A stretch of 64,000 nt of DNA, from positions 544,001-608,000 of the forward strand of contig JBMNFL010000001.1 of NCBI GenBank assembly GCA_050949315.1. The letters run 5' to 3'. The translations under genes were made by a program, and so were the position numbers. This stretch comes from Bacilli bacterium (GTDB lineage: Bacteria; Bacillota_I; Bacilli_A; RFN20; UBA1709). Of this stretch, positions 20,233 to 28,909 are shown one piece after another (the stretch's first letter is position 1; each line of letters begins with the position of its first letter). The notes beneath the pieces were generated by a model. It saw nothing but the letters and a program-made list of their open reading frames with translations, had not been told where the DNA came from and searched no databases.

Positions 20233-20396
20233 AACATTTCCTCCTTTCTATATATTATTGCCTTTTAATTATAAATTATCTATAATTTCTAATTTTTCCT
20301 TTTAAATTGGCCAGAAATTCCTGATGGTTATTTTTGCATTTAACCAATTATCATTTTTATTATCTTATATAGACATCTTGTATGTTATTCTGTATG

Positions 20397-20795
20397 TTAT
20401 AAACAATTATTATGTAAACTCTTCTTATAATTCCAAAGACCTAAACTGCCCTTTATTTTAATTCTATCTTTATAGATTAAGGGGTTTTCTAATTTCCAAG
20501 CGTATTGGCCAACATGATCATTTTTATAAATATCTTCTTTTGCTTTTCTTAAAGCCCTATCCATCTGCTCATCTACTAATATGCAGTCGGTAAGCTTTAC
20601 TTCCCCAATAATCTCGCCATGGCCATAATCTAAATTATAGTTTTTAAAGCGTTCTAACTCCCACTTCTCAACATGCTTCCCCGCATGAATCAATAATCTA
20701 CCTCGGTAACTAGTTTTCCAAGATCTAAATTCATATTCTTTTAAGCCTTTGATGATCAAACTCGCCCAAGGCTCTTTTATTGTCAACACTTTCAT
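20397..20795 (-). CDS. ASCH domain protein
   Basis: LTIKEPWASLI..G.K..E.RSW.T.YRG.LLIHA. Confidence 0.92.
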   Translation of the reverse strand: MKVLTIKEPWASLIIKGLKEYEFRSWKTSYRGRLLIHAGKHVEKWELERFKNYNLDYGHGEIIGEVKLTDCILVDEQMDRALRKAKEDIYKNDHVGQYAWKLENPLIYKDRIKIKGSLGLWNYKKSLHNNCL

Positions 20796-20803
20796 AAAGT
20801 GTC

Positions 20804-21256
20804 TTAGGTTGACTTTCTTAAATTTTCAAGGAAAGCGACAAATTCTTCTTGATCCTTTTCATTAGGGCGTCCTTTTCCCGTGCCACCAAAAAGTTTAAGC
20901 GGTCCAAAAGTATCAAAACCCTTGCAGAAATAAATCCCCTTAACGGTTAAGCCTTTCGCCAAAAGCTTTTTCTGCTGTCTTAATCCATACATTTTAAAAT
21001 TAAAGCCCGCGGTGTAAACCAAGAAAACTTTAGATAATTCTTCGATATGTTCATCGACAAATTTGTTCAGACTCTGATGAAATTGGGCCGCATAAATTCC
21101 CGAAGCTAGCCCCACCAAATCATACTGAGAAAAATCAACTCCTTGACAATCATCCGCCCGATAAAAATCACAGTCTTTGGCAGCTCTAATCAACTTCTCC
21201 GTATTGCCGTGATGTACGGACATATAAACTATGGCTATTTTCATTGCTCTCACCAT
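20804..21256 (-). CDS. Flavodoxin-like protein
   Basis: IVYMSVHHGNTEK, GLASGIY, CKGFDTFGP, GRPN. Confidence 0.85.
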   Translation of the reverse strand: MVRAMKIAIVYMSVHHGNTEKLIRAAKDCDFYRADDCQGVDFSQYDLVGLASGIYAAQFHQSLNKFVDEHIEELSKVFLVYTAGFNFKMYGLRQQKKLLAKGLTVKGIYFCKGFDTFGPLKLFGGTGKGRPNEKDQEEFVAFLENLRKST

Positions 21257-21810
21257 CCAATAAATTTAGGCCAATACCAATTTTTAACGCCATCTTTTTC
21301 TTGACCATAGATAATGATACCCTTACTGATAATACTGCTTTCTTTTATGGGACCAAAATCCCGCGAATCAATTGAAACATCGCGATTATCACCCAAAACA
21401 AAATATTCATCTTCACCTAAGGTAACTCCTGTTAAACTACAAAAATCACAAAATTCAAAGGTCTTGGACCTATTCTCGGCATCAATAAAATCTTCAGCTA
21501 CATACTCCCCATTAATATAAAGCCCCTTGTCATGATAGGCCACATTTTCATTAGGTAAGCCAACAATTCTTTTAACTAAAACCTTATCACTATTTACTTT
21601 ATGAAAAGCAACAACATTGAAACGTTTAAGGCCTCCTATTTTTAATTTGCCAGTTAAGCCATATTCGCCATCTTGTAAGGTGGGCTCCATAGAAATACCG
21701 CTGACAATGATGCTTTCTAGGGTTAATGGCCGCACAACAAAAAAGGCCAACGAAAGCGCAATGACAACAATCAAGATGATATTTACTAATCTTCTCCGTT
21801 CTTTTCTCAT
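21250..21810 (-). CDS. lepB: Signal peptidase I
   Basis: GISMEPTL, VKRIVGLP, LGDNRDVSIDSR. Confidence 0.93.
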   Translation of the reverse strand: MRKERRRLVNIILIVVIALSLAFFVVRPLTLESIIVSGISMEPTLQDGEYGLTGKLKIGGLKRFNVVAFHKVNSDKVLVKRIVGLPNENVAYHDKGLYINGEYVAEDFIDAENRSKTFEFCDFCSLTGVTLGEDEYFVLGDNRDVSIDSRDFGPIKESSIISKGIIIYGQEKDGVKNWYWPKFIGW

Positions 21811-21857
21811 AAGTTACCTCGCTAGATATTATAACACTTTCTAAAAAGTGAATAAAC

Positions 21858-21884
21858 AAAAAAGGCTACTCTGATAGCCCTTTT
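21858..21884 (-). terminator. Intrinsic terminator after rplS
   Basis: GGCTA..TAGCC stem plus T tract. Confidence 0.6.
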
Positions 21885-21885
21885 G

Positions 21886-22239
21886 TCACTTTTGAACTTT
21901 GTCTTTAATTCGCGTAGCCTTACCTGTTCTTTTACGCAGGTAATATAATTTTGCTCTTCTAACGGCCCCAACCCGTACAACTTCAATTTTCGCAATTAAG
22001 GGCGAATGAAGCGGGAAGGTTCTTTCAACCCCAATTTGGGAAGAGAGCTTACGCACGGTAAACGATTCGGAAATCCCCGCACCCCTACGAGCGATAACGG
22101 CGCCTTGGAAGATTTGAATCCGCTCTTTATTACCTTCAACGATTCTTACGTGAACTTTCACGGTATCACCCGCTTTAAATTCGGGGATATTGGTCTTAAG
22201 TTGGTCTTCAGTAACCTTCTTAACTAATTCCATGTTCAT
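21886..22239 (-). CDS. rplS: 50S ribosomal protein L19
   Basis: [33 protein letters not shown]. Confidence 0.98.
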   Translation of the reverse strand: MNMELVKKVTEDQLKTNIPEFKAGDTVKVHVRIVEGNKERIQIFQGAVIARRGAGISESFTVRKLSSQIGVERTFPLHSPLIAKIEVVRVGAVRRAKLYYLRKRTGKATRIKDKVQK

Positions 22240-22261
22240 GTAATCACACTCCTTTAAATTT

Positions 22262-22298
22262 CAGATGTTCATAGGTCGTGACTCCTAGCGGAGCATCC
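22262..22298 (-). promoter_or_regulatory. L19 leader (ribosomal protein autoregulatory RNA)
   Basis: GATGCTCCGCT...TGAACATC hairpin directly upstream of rplS, matching the Firmicutes L19 leader pattern. Confidence 0.75.
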
Positions 22299-22357
22299 TA
22301 GCGTTATGCGCAAGATGTATTTTAACAAATAGCCGTTTATAGTTCAAGATTTTTTTA

Positions 22358-23131
22358 TTAATCTAAGAACTTTTTACCCTTTTCTAAGGCTTCAAGATAC
22401 CAAGCGGGTTCTTCTTCGCCCTTTTCAATTTCTTTTAATAAGGAAAGTTCAAGCTTGCTATATTTGCGACCCACTAGTAGATCAGGTCTTTTTTTCATCG
22501 TCTCTTTTAACTGTTCCTTAAGGCGCCATTTTTTGATGGCCTCATGATTGCCACAAAGAAGAATTGGGGGAACCTCAGCCCCTTCATAGACCCTAGGGAA
22601 AGTATATTGAGGATATTCTAAAAGACCATTATCAAAAGATTCGATATCTAAAGAATCTTCAGAAATCGCTCCATCAAGTAAACGAATCACCGCATCCGCT
22701 AATACCATGGCCGGCAGTTCGCCACCCGTTAATATGTAATCTCCTAAGGAAATTTCTAAATTCACTTGTTTTAAAACCCGCTCATCAATGCCTTCATAAT
22801 GACCACAGAGCAAAATCAAATGTTTTTCCTTACTCAATTCTTTAGCCATTTTCTGATTAAATACTTGGCCTTTAGGTGAAAGATAAATCACCTTGGATTC
22901 TTCTTTTCTTACCGTCTTTAAACAATCAAGTATCGGTTGACACTTCATAACTAAACCCGCGCCACCGCCTAAAGGATAATCATCAACTCGATAATTCTTA
23001 TCCAAGGTAAAGTCGCGAATATTGCTTACCCTTAGGGAAACGACTTTTTTACTAACTGCTCTTTTAATAATGGAGGTTTCAAAAAAGGGTTTAAAAAGCT
23101 CGGGAAATAAGGTTAAAAAGTCTATTCTCAT
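22358..23131 (-). CDS. trmD: tRNA (guanine-N1)-methyltransferase
   Basis: VDDYPLGGGAG, CGHYEGIDER, SLGDYILTGGE, EYPQYT. Confidence 0.97.
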   Translation of the reverse strand: MRIDFLTLFPELFKPFFETSIIKRAVSKKVVSLRVSNIRDFTLDKNYRVDDYPLGGGAGLVMKCQPILDCLKTVRKEESKVIYLSPKGQVFNQKMAKELSKEKHLILLCGHYEGIDERVLKQVNLEISLGDYILTGGELPAMVLADAVIRLLDGAISEDSLDIESFDNGLLEYPQYTFPRVYEGAEVPPILLCGNHEAIKKWRLKEQLKETMKKRPDLLVGRKYSKLELSLLKEIEKGEEEPAWYLEALEKGKKFLD

Positions 23132-23637
23132 AACAAACCCTCTATTCTTTTAATAATGATTCTTTTCTGCTCGATATCAACCTTAACTAAATAACTCGCA
23201 ACAAAGGGAATCAAATATTGTTTTTCTGAACCTTGGACGCGTAAAATTGCTTGGGCGCCATAGTTTTCTACGGCTAAAACCAAACCGATTTTCTCACCAT
23301 CTTCAAAACTGACTTCACAATTAATTAACTCATAATAATAGTAATGGTCACCATCTAGTTTTGGTAAGGCTTCAGTTGGGAATTGTACCAAGAAATCCTT
23401 GTATTTTTTGGCTGTCTCAACATCTTGTATTTCTAAAACCTGTAGATAGATAAAGTCTCCACTGACTGTATATTTACTGACCGTGAAACTCTCACGAAGA
23501 TCAAGCTCTTCGTTATAAAAATAAATTTTACTACCTTTTTGATAACGCTCACTAACAAAGTCGCTAAAAGATAAAAGTTTAAGTTCACCTTTAAGCCCAC
23601 GCGTGTTGATAATCTTACCCAAATTGATATATTCCAT
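23128..23637 (-). CDS. rimM: Ribosome maturation factor RimM
   Basis: GKIINTRGLKGE, YYYYELI, LIPFV; synteny. Confidence 0.94.
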   Translation of the reverse strand: MEYINLGKIINTRGLKGELKLLSFSDFVSERYQKGSKIYFYNEELDLRESFTVSKYTVSGDFIYLQVLEIQDVETAKKYKDFLVQFPTEALPKLDGDHYYYYELINCEVSFEDGEKIGLVLAVENYGAQAILRVQGSEKQYLIPFVASYLVKVDIEQKRIIIKRIEGLL

Positions 23638-23684
23638 TTAGATCCCTCAGTTTTATTTTACAAAAAAAGGTGACAACTTGCCAC

Positions 23685-23951
23685 CTATTCAGTTTCTTTC
23701 TCTTCATAAGATTCGAATTTAAGGTAAATTCGCTTATCGTTTAACTTACCTGCAACATTAACCACTTCGCGAATAGATGTGGCTACCCCACCCCCACGGC
23801 CAATTAAACGTGCTGTATCATTCGCTTCCGCTACCACCAAAATTTGAATATGCCCCTTGCCCTTTTCACTTGGGATTTCCCGAATAAGCAGAGCTTCAGG
23901 TTTCGCAACTAAAGGTTCAACTATATCACGGACTAATTTAACGTAATCCAT
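23685..23951 (-). CDS. khpA: KH-domain RNA-binding protein KhpA
   Basis: RLIGRGG KH motif; located between rpsP and rimM. Confidence 0.85.
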   Translation of the reverse strand: MDYVKLVRDIVEPLVAKPEALLIREIPSEKGKGHIQILVVAEANDTARLIGRGGGVATSIREVVNVAGKLNDKRIYLKFESYEEKETE

Positions 23952-23953
23952 GA

Positions 23954-24235
23954 TTAAACCTCTTCTTTTTCTTCGCGAATTTCCTTGTAAAGGCCTTGCT
24001 TCTTAAAGATATTCTTAACGGTATCGGTGGGTTGAGCTCCTACTTTGAGCCATTTTTTAGCGGCTTCATGATCAAGTCTAACTAAGGCTGGAGTGTTAGC
24101 TTCTTGAACAGGTTGATAAATTCCAATCTCTTGAATAAAGCGTCCATCTCTTGGCGAACGCGAATCCGCAACGACAATGCGATAGCTGGCATGCTTGTGG
24201 CGTCCAATTCTCTTTAATCTGATTTTAACTGCCAT
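23954..24235 (-). CDS. rpsP: 30S ribosomal protein S16
   Basis: [26 protein letters not shown]; ATG 24235 after AAGGAG. Confidence 0.98.
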   Translation of the reverse strand: MAVKIRLKRIGRHKHASYRIVVADSRSPRDGRFIQEIGIYQPVQEANTPALVRLDHEAAKKWLKVGAQPTDTVKNIFKKQGLYKEIREEKEEV

Positions 24236-24310
24236 AATCTTTTCTCCTTTTAATAACAGACATAGTCTAACAAACAAAAAGTTAGATGTCAACTATTTTT
24301 ACTTGACACC

Positions 24311-25630
24311 CTAACGGCGGAAGCGACCGCCAAACATCGAAGACATCTGTTTCATTTGAACTTTGGTGTTTTCATATTGTCTTAACACATTATTGACATC
24401 AACAACCTGCAGGCCACAGCCCTTAGCAATCCTTACTTTACGGCTAGCCTTTAAAATATCTGGGTTTCTTCTTTCCTGAACGGTCATTGACTGGATAACG
24501 ACCCGAGTTTTCTTTAAACGCGCTTCGGCTTTCTCCGAATCACTTTCGGAGATTTTAGGCATCCCAGGTATGAGTTTTGCTAAAACACCAAGGGGTCCCA
24601 TCTTTCTAGTTGATTCAATCTGCATCAACATGTCTTCTAAATCAAACTTGCCCGAAAGCATGCGATGCATGAGTTTAGTCGCTTGTTTTTCATCAATAGC
24701 CTCCTGGGCCTTCTCAACCAGTTCCACGACATCACCCATACCCAGAATACGCGAGGCCATCCGCTCGGGATTAAAGGCTTTAATATCTCTAATCTTTTCG
24801 CCAACACCAATATATTTGATACGAATCCCCGCGATAGAGGAAATCGATAAGGCCGCGCCACCTCTGGCATCACTATCAAGTTTGGTCATCAAAGCCCCAG
24901 TTAGACCTAATTCATCATTAAAAGTTCTGGCGACATTAACCGCATCTTGACCGCTAAGAGCATCAACGATGATAAGAATCTCAAAAGGATTAAGGGCCTT
25001 TTTAAGATCTTTTAATTCCTGCATTAAAACTTCATCGATAGCCAAACGACCTGCCGTATCAATTAAAACACAGTCATAGTGATTATATTTAGCATATTCA
25101 ACCGCATCTTTAGCAATTTTAACGACATCTTGTGTTGAACGATCTTGATAAACAAAAACATTGATTTGTTTTCCTAGTTGAACTAGTTGATCAATAGCCG
25201 CGGGCCGATAGACGTCACAGGCTACCATCATTGGATTACGACCTTCTTTAGCCTTCAAAGCATTGGCAAGTTTAGCCGCCATAGTGGTCTTACCACCACC
25301 CTGTAAGCCCACCAGCATTATAACTGTCGGTCCTTGCTTAGCAAAGTTTAATTTGCTCTCTTCGCCACCTAGTAAATCTCTAATTTCATCGTTGACAATC
25401 TTGACTACCATTTGACCAGGATTGATTTTACCAATCACTTCCCGACCAATCATCTTTTCTTTAACTTGACTTAAGAAATTTTTAACTACCTCATTATTAA
25501 CGTCAGCATCAATTAAAGCGATGCGAATTTCTTTTAGCATCTCTTCCATGTTGCTTTCACTTAAACGGGCTTGACCTCTTAGTCTTTTAACAATCTTTTG
25601 GAGCCGTTCACTCAGCATCTCAAAAGCCAT
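24311..25630 (-). CDS. ffh: Signal recognition particle protein
   Basis: GLQGGGKTT, DVYRPAA, DTAGR, DARGGAALS, M-domain. Confidence 0.98.
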   Translation of the reverse strand: MAFEMLSERLQKIVKRLRGQARLSESNMEEMLKEIRIALIDADVNNEVVKNFLSQVKEKMIGREVIGKINPGQMVVKIVNDEIRDLLGGEESKLNFAKQGPTVIMLVGLQGGGKTTMAAKLANALKAKEGRNPMMVACDVYRPAAIDQLVQLGKQINVFVYQDRSTQDVVKIAKDAVEYAKYNHYDCVLIDTAGRLAIDEVLMQELKDLKKALNPFEILIIVDALSGQDAVNVARTFNDELGLTGALMTKLDSDARGGAALSISSIAGIRIKYIGVGEKIRDIKAFNPERMASRILGMGDVVELVEKAQEAIDEKQATKLMHRMLSGKFDLEDMLMQIESTRKMGPLGVLAKLIPGMPKISESDSEKAEARLKKTRVVIQSMTVQERRNPDILKASRKVRIAKGCGLQVVDVNNVLRQYENTKVQMKQMSSMFGGRFRR

Positions 25631-25632
25631 AT

Positions 25633-25947
25633 CTATCTCTCCTCTTCTAGCAAGTTTATAATTTCTTCCTTAAGCTTCTCGCTTAAGTCAGCTTTATCTA
25701 ATAATTTATTAAGTTTTTCCTTCTTTTCTAATAACTGCAATTTACTCTCATAAAACTCTAACTTATTTACCACTCTTTTTAGTAAAGAAAAAACCGCAGC
25801 CCGGGAAATCTTAAGATTTTCAGCAATCTCGGCTAAGGAGAGATTATCCTGATAATAATCTTCAATAATCCCCTGCTGATGCTTGGTTAGTAAAACACCA
25901 TATAAATCATATAAGCAATTGATACGTTCTGTTTCTCTAATATCCAT
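25633..25947 (-). CDS. ylxM: YlxM-family SRP-associated protein
   Basis: LYDLYG.LLT..Q, LSLAEIAE..ISRAAV; upstream of ffh. Confidence 0.9.
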   Translation of the reverse strand: MDIRETERINCLYDLYGVLLTKHQQGIIEDYYQDNLSLAEIAENLKISRAAVFSLLKRVVNKLEFYESKLQLLEKKEKLNKLLDKADLSEKLKEEIINLLEEER

Positions 25948-25955
25948 ATTAACCT

Positions 25956-26216
25956 CTAAAAAAGTAAGTTGACTAAGAAGAAAACGACGAAGAAAATGGC
26001 CACCATCTTATGAAAATAAGGGTCTTTCACCGCTGTCTTCCTAAAAGGTGCGGGATAATTTAAGAAGGCAAAAAAGACGGCCATCACAAAGGCGATGACA
26101 AGAATAGCAAAAATCCCCGATACCCCTAACAAAGCCAAAACATAAGCTAGAACATATTGCAAAACCATTATGATTAACAGGGTCACAAGAAAGCGGACCA
26201 AATTTACTCTCATCAT
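25956..26216 (-). CDS. Small hypothetical membrane protein
   Basis: 86 aa with three hydrophobic segments, in operon between ftsY and ylxM. Confidence 0.7.
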   Translation of the reverse strand: MMRVNLVRFLVTLLIIMVLQYVLAYVLALLGVSGIFAILVIAFVMAVFFAFLNYPAPFRKTAVKDPYFHKMVAIFFVVFFLVNLLF

Positions 26217-26218
26217 AC

Positions 26219-27196
26219 TTACTCCTTTTCTACCCCAACTAAAGCATTGAGGTATTGCAACAAATCAAATTCTTCTAAATCATCTAATTTTTCACCTAAG
26301 CCGATATAACGAACCGGAATCCCCAGTTGATCGCGAATGGCTAGAATAATGCCACCCTTACTTGTCCCATCCATCTTCGTTAGAATAATACCGGTAATTC
26401 CTGTGGTCTCGGCAAAGGCTTTGGCTTGATAAACACCATTCTGACCAGTGGTCGCATCAATAACTAAAAAGATTTCCTGTGGTCCTTTGGGAACCACTTT
26501 TTTAATAACTCTAATCATTTTAGCAGCTTCATTCATAAGATTGGTCTTAGTCTGTAAACGACCGGCGGTATCACAGATAACCACATCATAGCCTTCTTCT
26601 ACCGCCTTTTTAACCCCATCATAAATAACCGATGATGGATCAGCATTAACTTCACCACTATGCAGCTTAACACCTACTCGAGAAGCCCAAACTGCCAATT
26701 GCTCAACCGCTCCCGCCCTAAAGGTGTCGCCAGCAACCCATAAAATCTTATGGCCTTCTTTTTGAAGTTTATAACTCAGTTTAGCGATACTAGTAGTCTT
26801 GCCAGAGCCATTGACCCCCATCATGACAATAACAGTTGGTCCTTGTTCGGCAAAATTAATTTTGGTTTCTAAATCTAAATCCCGAGAATAAGCGATAAAC
26901 ATCTTATCCACCAGAATCTCCATAATCAAACTAGGATCATTAATCTTTCTTAACCGTGCTTCACTTTTGACTTCTTCGACAATTTCTAAAGCTAAACTAG
27001 CCCCAACATCAGCCTTAATCAAAAGTTCTTCTAAAGATTCAAAATACTCCTCATCAACCTTTCGATAACGCGAAAGAAGGGCGTTTATACGTCCTTTAAA
27101 GGTGTTCCTTGATTTATCAAGAGCCTGAACATATTTTTCATTCTGTTCAACTTTAGTACCTAATAATTTTTCTTTAATTTTAGAAAATATACCCAT
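26219..27196 (-). CDS. ftsY: SRP receptor FtsY
   Basis: GVNGSGKTT, DTFRAGA, DTAGRL, TKMDGTSKGG. Confidence 0.97.
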   Translation of the reverse strand: MGIFSKIKEKLLGTKVEQNEKYVQALDKSRNTFKGRINALLSRYRKVDEEYFESLEELLIKADVGASLALEIVEEVKSEARLRKINDPSLIMEILVDKMFIAYSRDLDLETKINFAEQGPTVIVMMGVNGSGKTTSIAKLSYKLQKEGHKILWVAGDTFRAGAVEQLAVWASRVGVKLHSGEVNADPSSVIYDGVKKAVEEGYDVVICDTAGRLQTKTNLMNEAAKMIRVIKKVVPKGPQEIFLVIDATTGQNGVYQAKAFAETTGITGIILTKMDGTSKGGIILAIRDQLGIPVRYIGLGEKLDDLEEFDLLQYLNALVGVEKE

Positions 27197-27204
27197 AGCA
27201 ACAC

Positions 27205-27903
27205 CTAATCCTTAGCCATCTTGCTTAGGGCATCTTTAGCCGCCGCTTGTTCAGCGGTTTTCTTACTTAAGCCATGGCCATGTCCTAAAACCACATCATC
27301 TAATAAAACCTCAACATCAAATTCCGGCTGATTTGATGGGCCGGTTGTTGACACTGTCCGATAAGTGATACTCCGTTTCTTATCCGCCTGCACCAATTCT
27401 TGAAGTTTAGTTTTCGGATCTTTTAAATCCAAAAAGTTTTCCATACCTTCTTCATTGATAAAATCGGAAAAAAGATGTAGAAGAATCTCCTCTGTTTTAT
27501 CTAAACCTAAATCAAGATAACAAGCCGCCATCAAAGCCTCAAAAACATCCGAGAGTAAAGAAGCGCGTTTATGTCCTTGATTTTTAGCCTCTCCTTGACC
27601 TAAGCGAATATAACTACCTAGATTTATCTCTTTAGCAATACTTGCTAGCGTTTCCATTCTCACTAAATTCGCCCTTAAAGGAGAAAGGTCTCCTTCGTTC
27701 ATTGCTGGATATTTAAAGTAAATATAACGAGTGATAATCAACTGAATAACAGCATCACCCATAAATTCTAGACGCTGATAATTCTCAACATGCCTACGCG
27801 CCTCATTGACATAGGAAGGATGCGTTAAAGCTTGGCTGTATAAGCGGGTATTTTTAGTTTGAACACCTAATTTAGCCAATAATTCTTTTAAGGGTCTAGC
27901 CAT
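27205..27903 (-). CDS. rnc: Ribonuclease III
   Basis: ALTHPS, QRLEFMGDA, DVFEA, C-terminal dsRBD. Confidence 0.97.
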   Translation of the reverse strand: MARPLKELLAKLGVQTKNTRLYSQALTHPSYVNEARRHVENYQRLEFMGDAVIQLIITRYIYFKYPAMNEGDLSPLRANLVRMETLASIAKEINLGSYIRLGQGEAKNQGHKRASLLSDVFEALMAACYLDLGLDKTEEILLHLFSDFINEEGMENFLDLKDPKTKLQELVQADKKRSITYRTVSTTGPSNQPEFDVEVLLDDVVLGHGHGLSKKTAEQAAAKDALSKMAKD

Positions 27904-28873
27904 TCTTCATCGCCTCCCCTATCTGTTCAACCACTTGTCCTTTAATAAGTTCATAAGTTAAGCGTATAGCATGGTAAAAAGTAAGCGCATCACTATTACC
28001 ATGAGCTTTTACGGCTACGCCGTTAACACCGACTAAAAGGCCACCACCATATTGTTTATAATCTAACTTTTCAGCAAAACCCGCTAAGGCCGAACGCGTA
28101 AGTAAATAACCCATCTTCGTCTTTTTGCTCTTCATAAAAGCCTCTTTAAGCAATCTTTTAACTAAGGAAAGAGAACCTTCTAAAGTTTTTAATAAAATAT
28201 TGCCGGCATAGCCATCACAAACTATAACATCGGCCTTTCCACTTAAAACATCGCGGGCCTCTAAATTGCCACAGAAATTGAGTTTCTCTTCTTTCTTTAG
28301 GATTTGATAAGCCTCTTTTCCTACAGGTGAGCCCTTATTTTCTTCGCTACCATTGGATAAAAGATAGACCTTTGGATTTGGACGTTGCCATATTTTTTCA
28401 GCAAAAACATTGCCCATCTTGGCAAATTGGACTAAATGTTCAGGTGTGTTTTCATTATTTGCCCCTAAATCTAAAACTACGACACCCTTACCATCCTCAG
28501 TAGGAAAAGGCGACATATAAGCCCCGCGAACAATCCCAGGTATCATTTTTAATTTTATTGTCGCCCCAGTTAAAAAAGCCGCCGTGCTGCCAGCCGTACA
28601 AATACCAGCACAAGTTTTATTAACTACTAAATCTAATGCTTTTAACATTGAACTTTCTTTTCGTCTTAATACTTCTAAAGCGCCATCTTCCATTCCCATT
28701 ACATCTTTGGCATCAATGATGGTTGCGACACTGGAAATTTCTTCTAGTTCACTGGCCTTACCGACCACATACAATTCAACATCTTTGTAAGTTGCTTGGA
28801 ATTTTTTCACTGCCTCAACTACCATCGCGCTACCGGCATCACTGCCCATAGCATCAATTGCTATCTTGATCAT
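27896..28873 (-). CDS. plsX: Phosphate acyltransferase PlsX
   Basis: IAIDAMGSD, LDLGAN, DGYAGN, KAHGNS. Confidence 0.95.
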   Translation of the reverse strand: MIKIAIDAMGSDAGSAMVVEAVKKFQATYKDVELYVVGKASELEEISSVATIIDAKDVMGMEDGALEVLRRKESSMLKALDLVVNKTCAGICTAGSTAAFLTGATIKLKMIPGIVRGAYMSPFPTEDGKGVVVLDLGANNENTPEHLVQFAKMGNVFAEKIWQRPNPKVYLLSNGSEENKGSPVGKEAYQILKKEEKLNFCGNLEARDVLSGKADVIVCDGYAGNILLKTLEGSLSLVKRLLKEAFMKSKKTKMGYLLTRSALAGFAEKLDYKQYGGGLLVGVNGVAVKAHGNSDALTFYHAIRLTYELIKGQVVEQIGEAMKNG

Positions 28874-28909
28874 TTATATCCCCCCTTATCATTCTAAACT
28901 TAACATAAA

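Noticed and set aside
20300-20390. Possible second RhuM relic (..WLNAKITIRNFWPI)
   Set aside because: Only a short resemblance in AT-rich DNA; not supportable without a search
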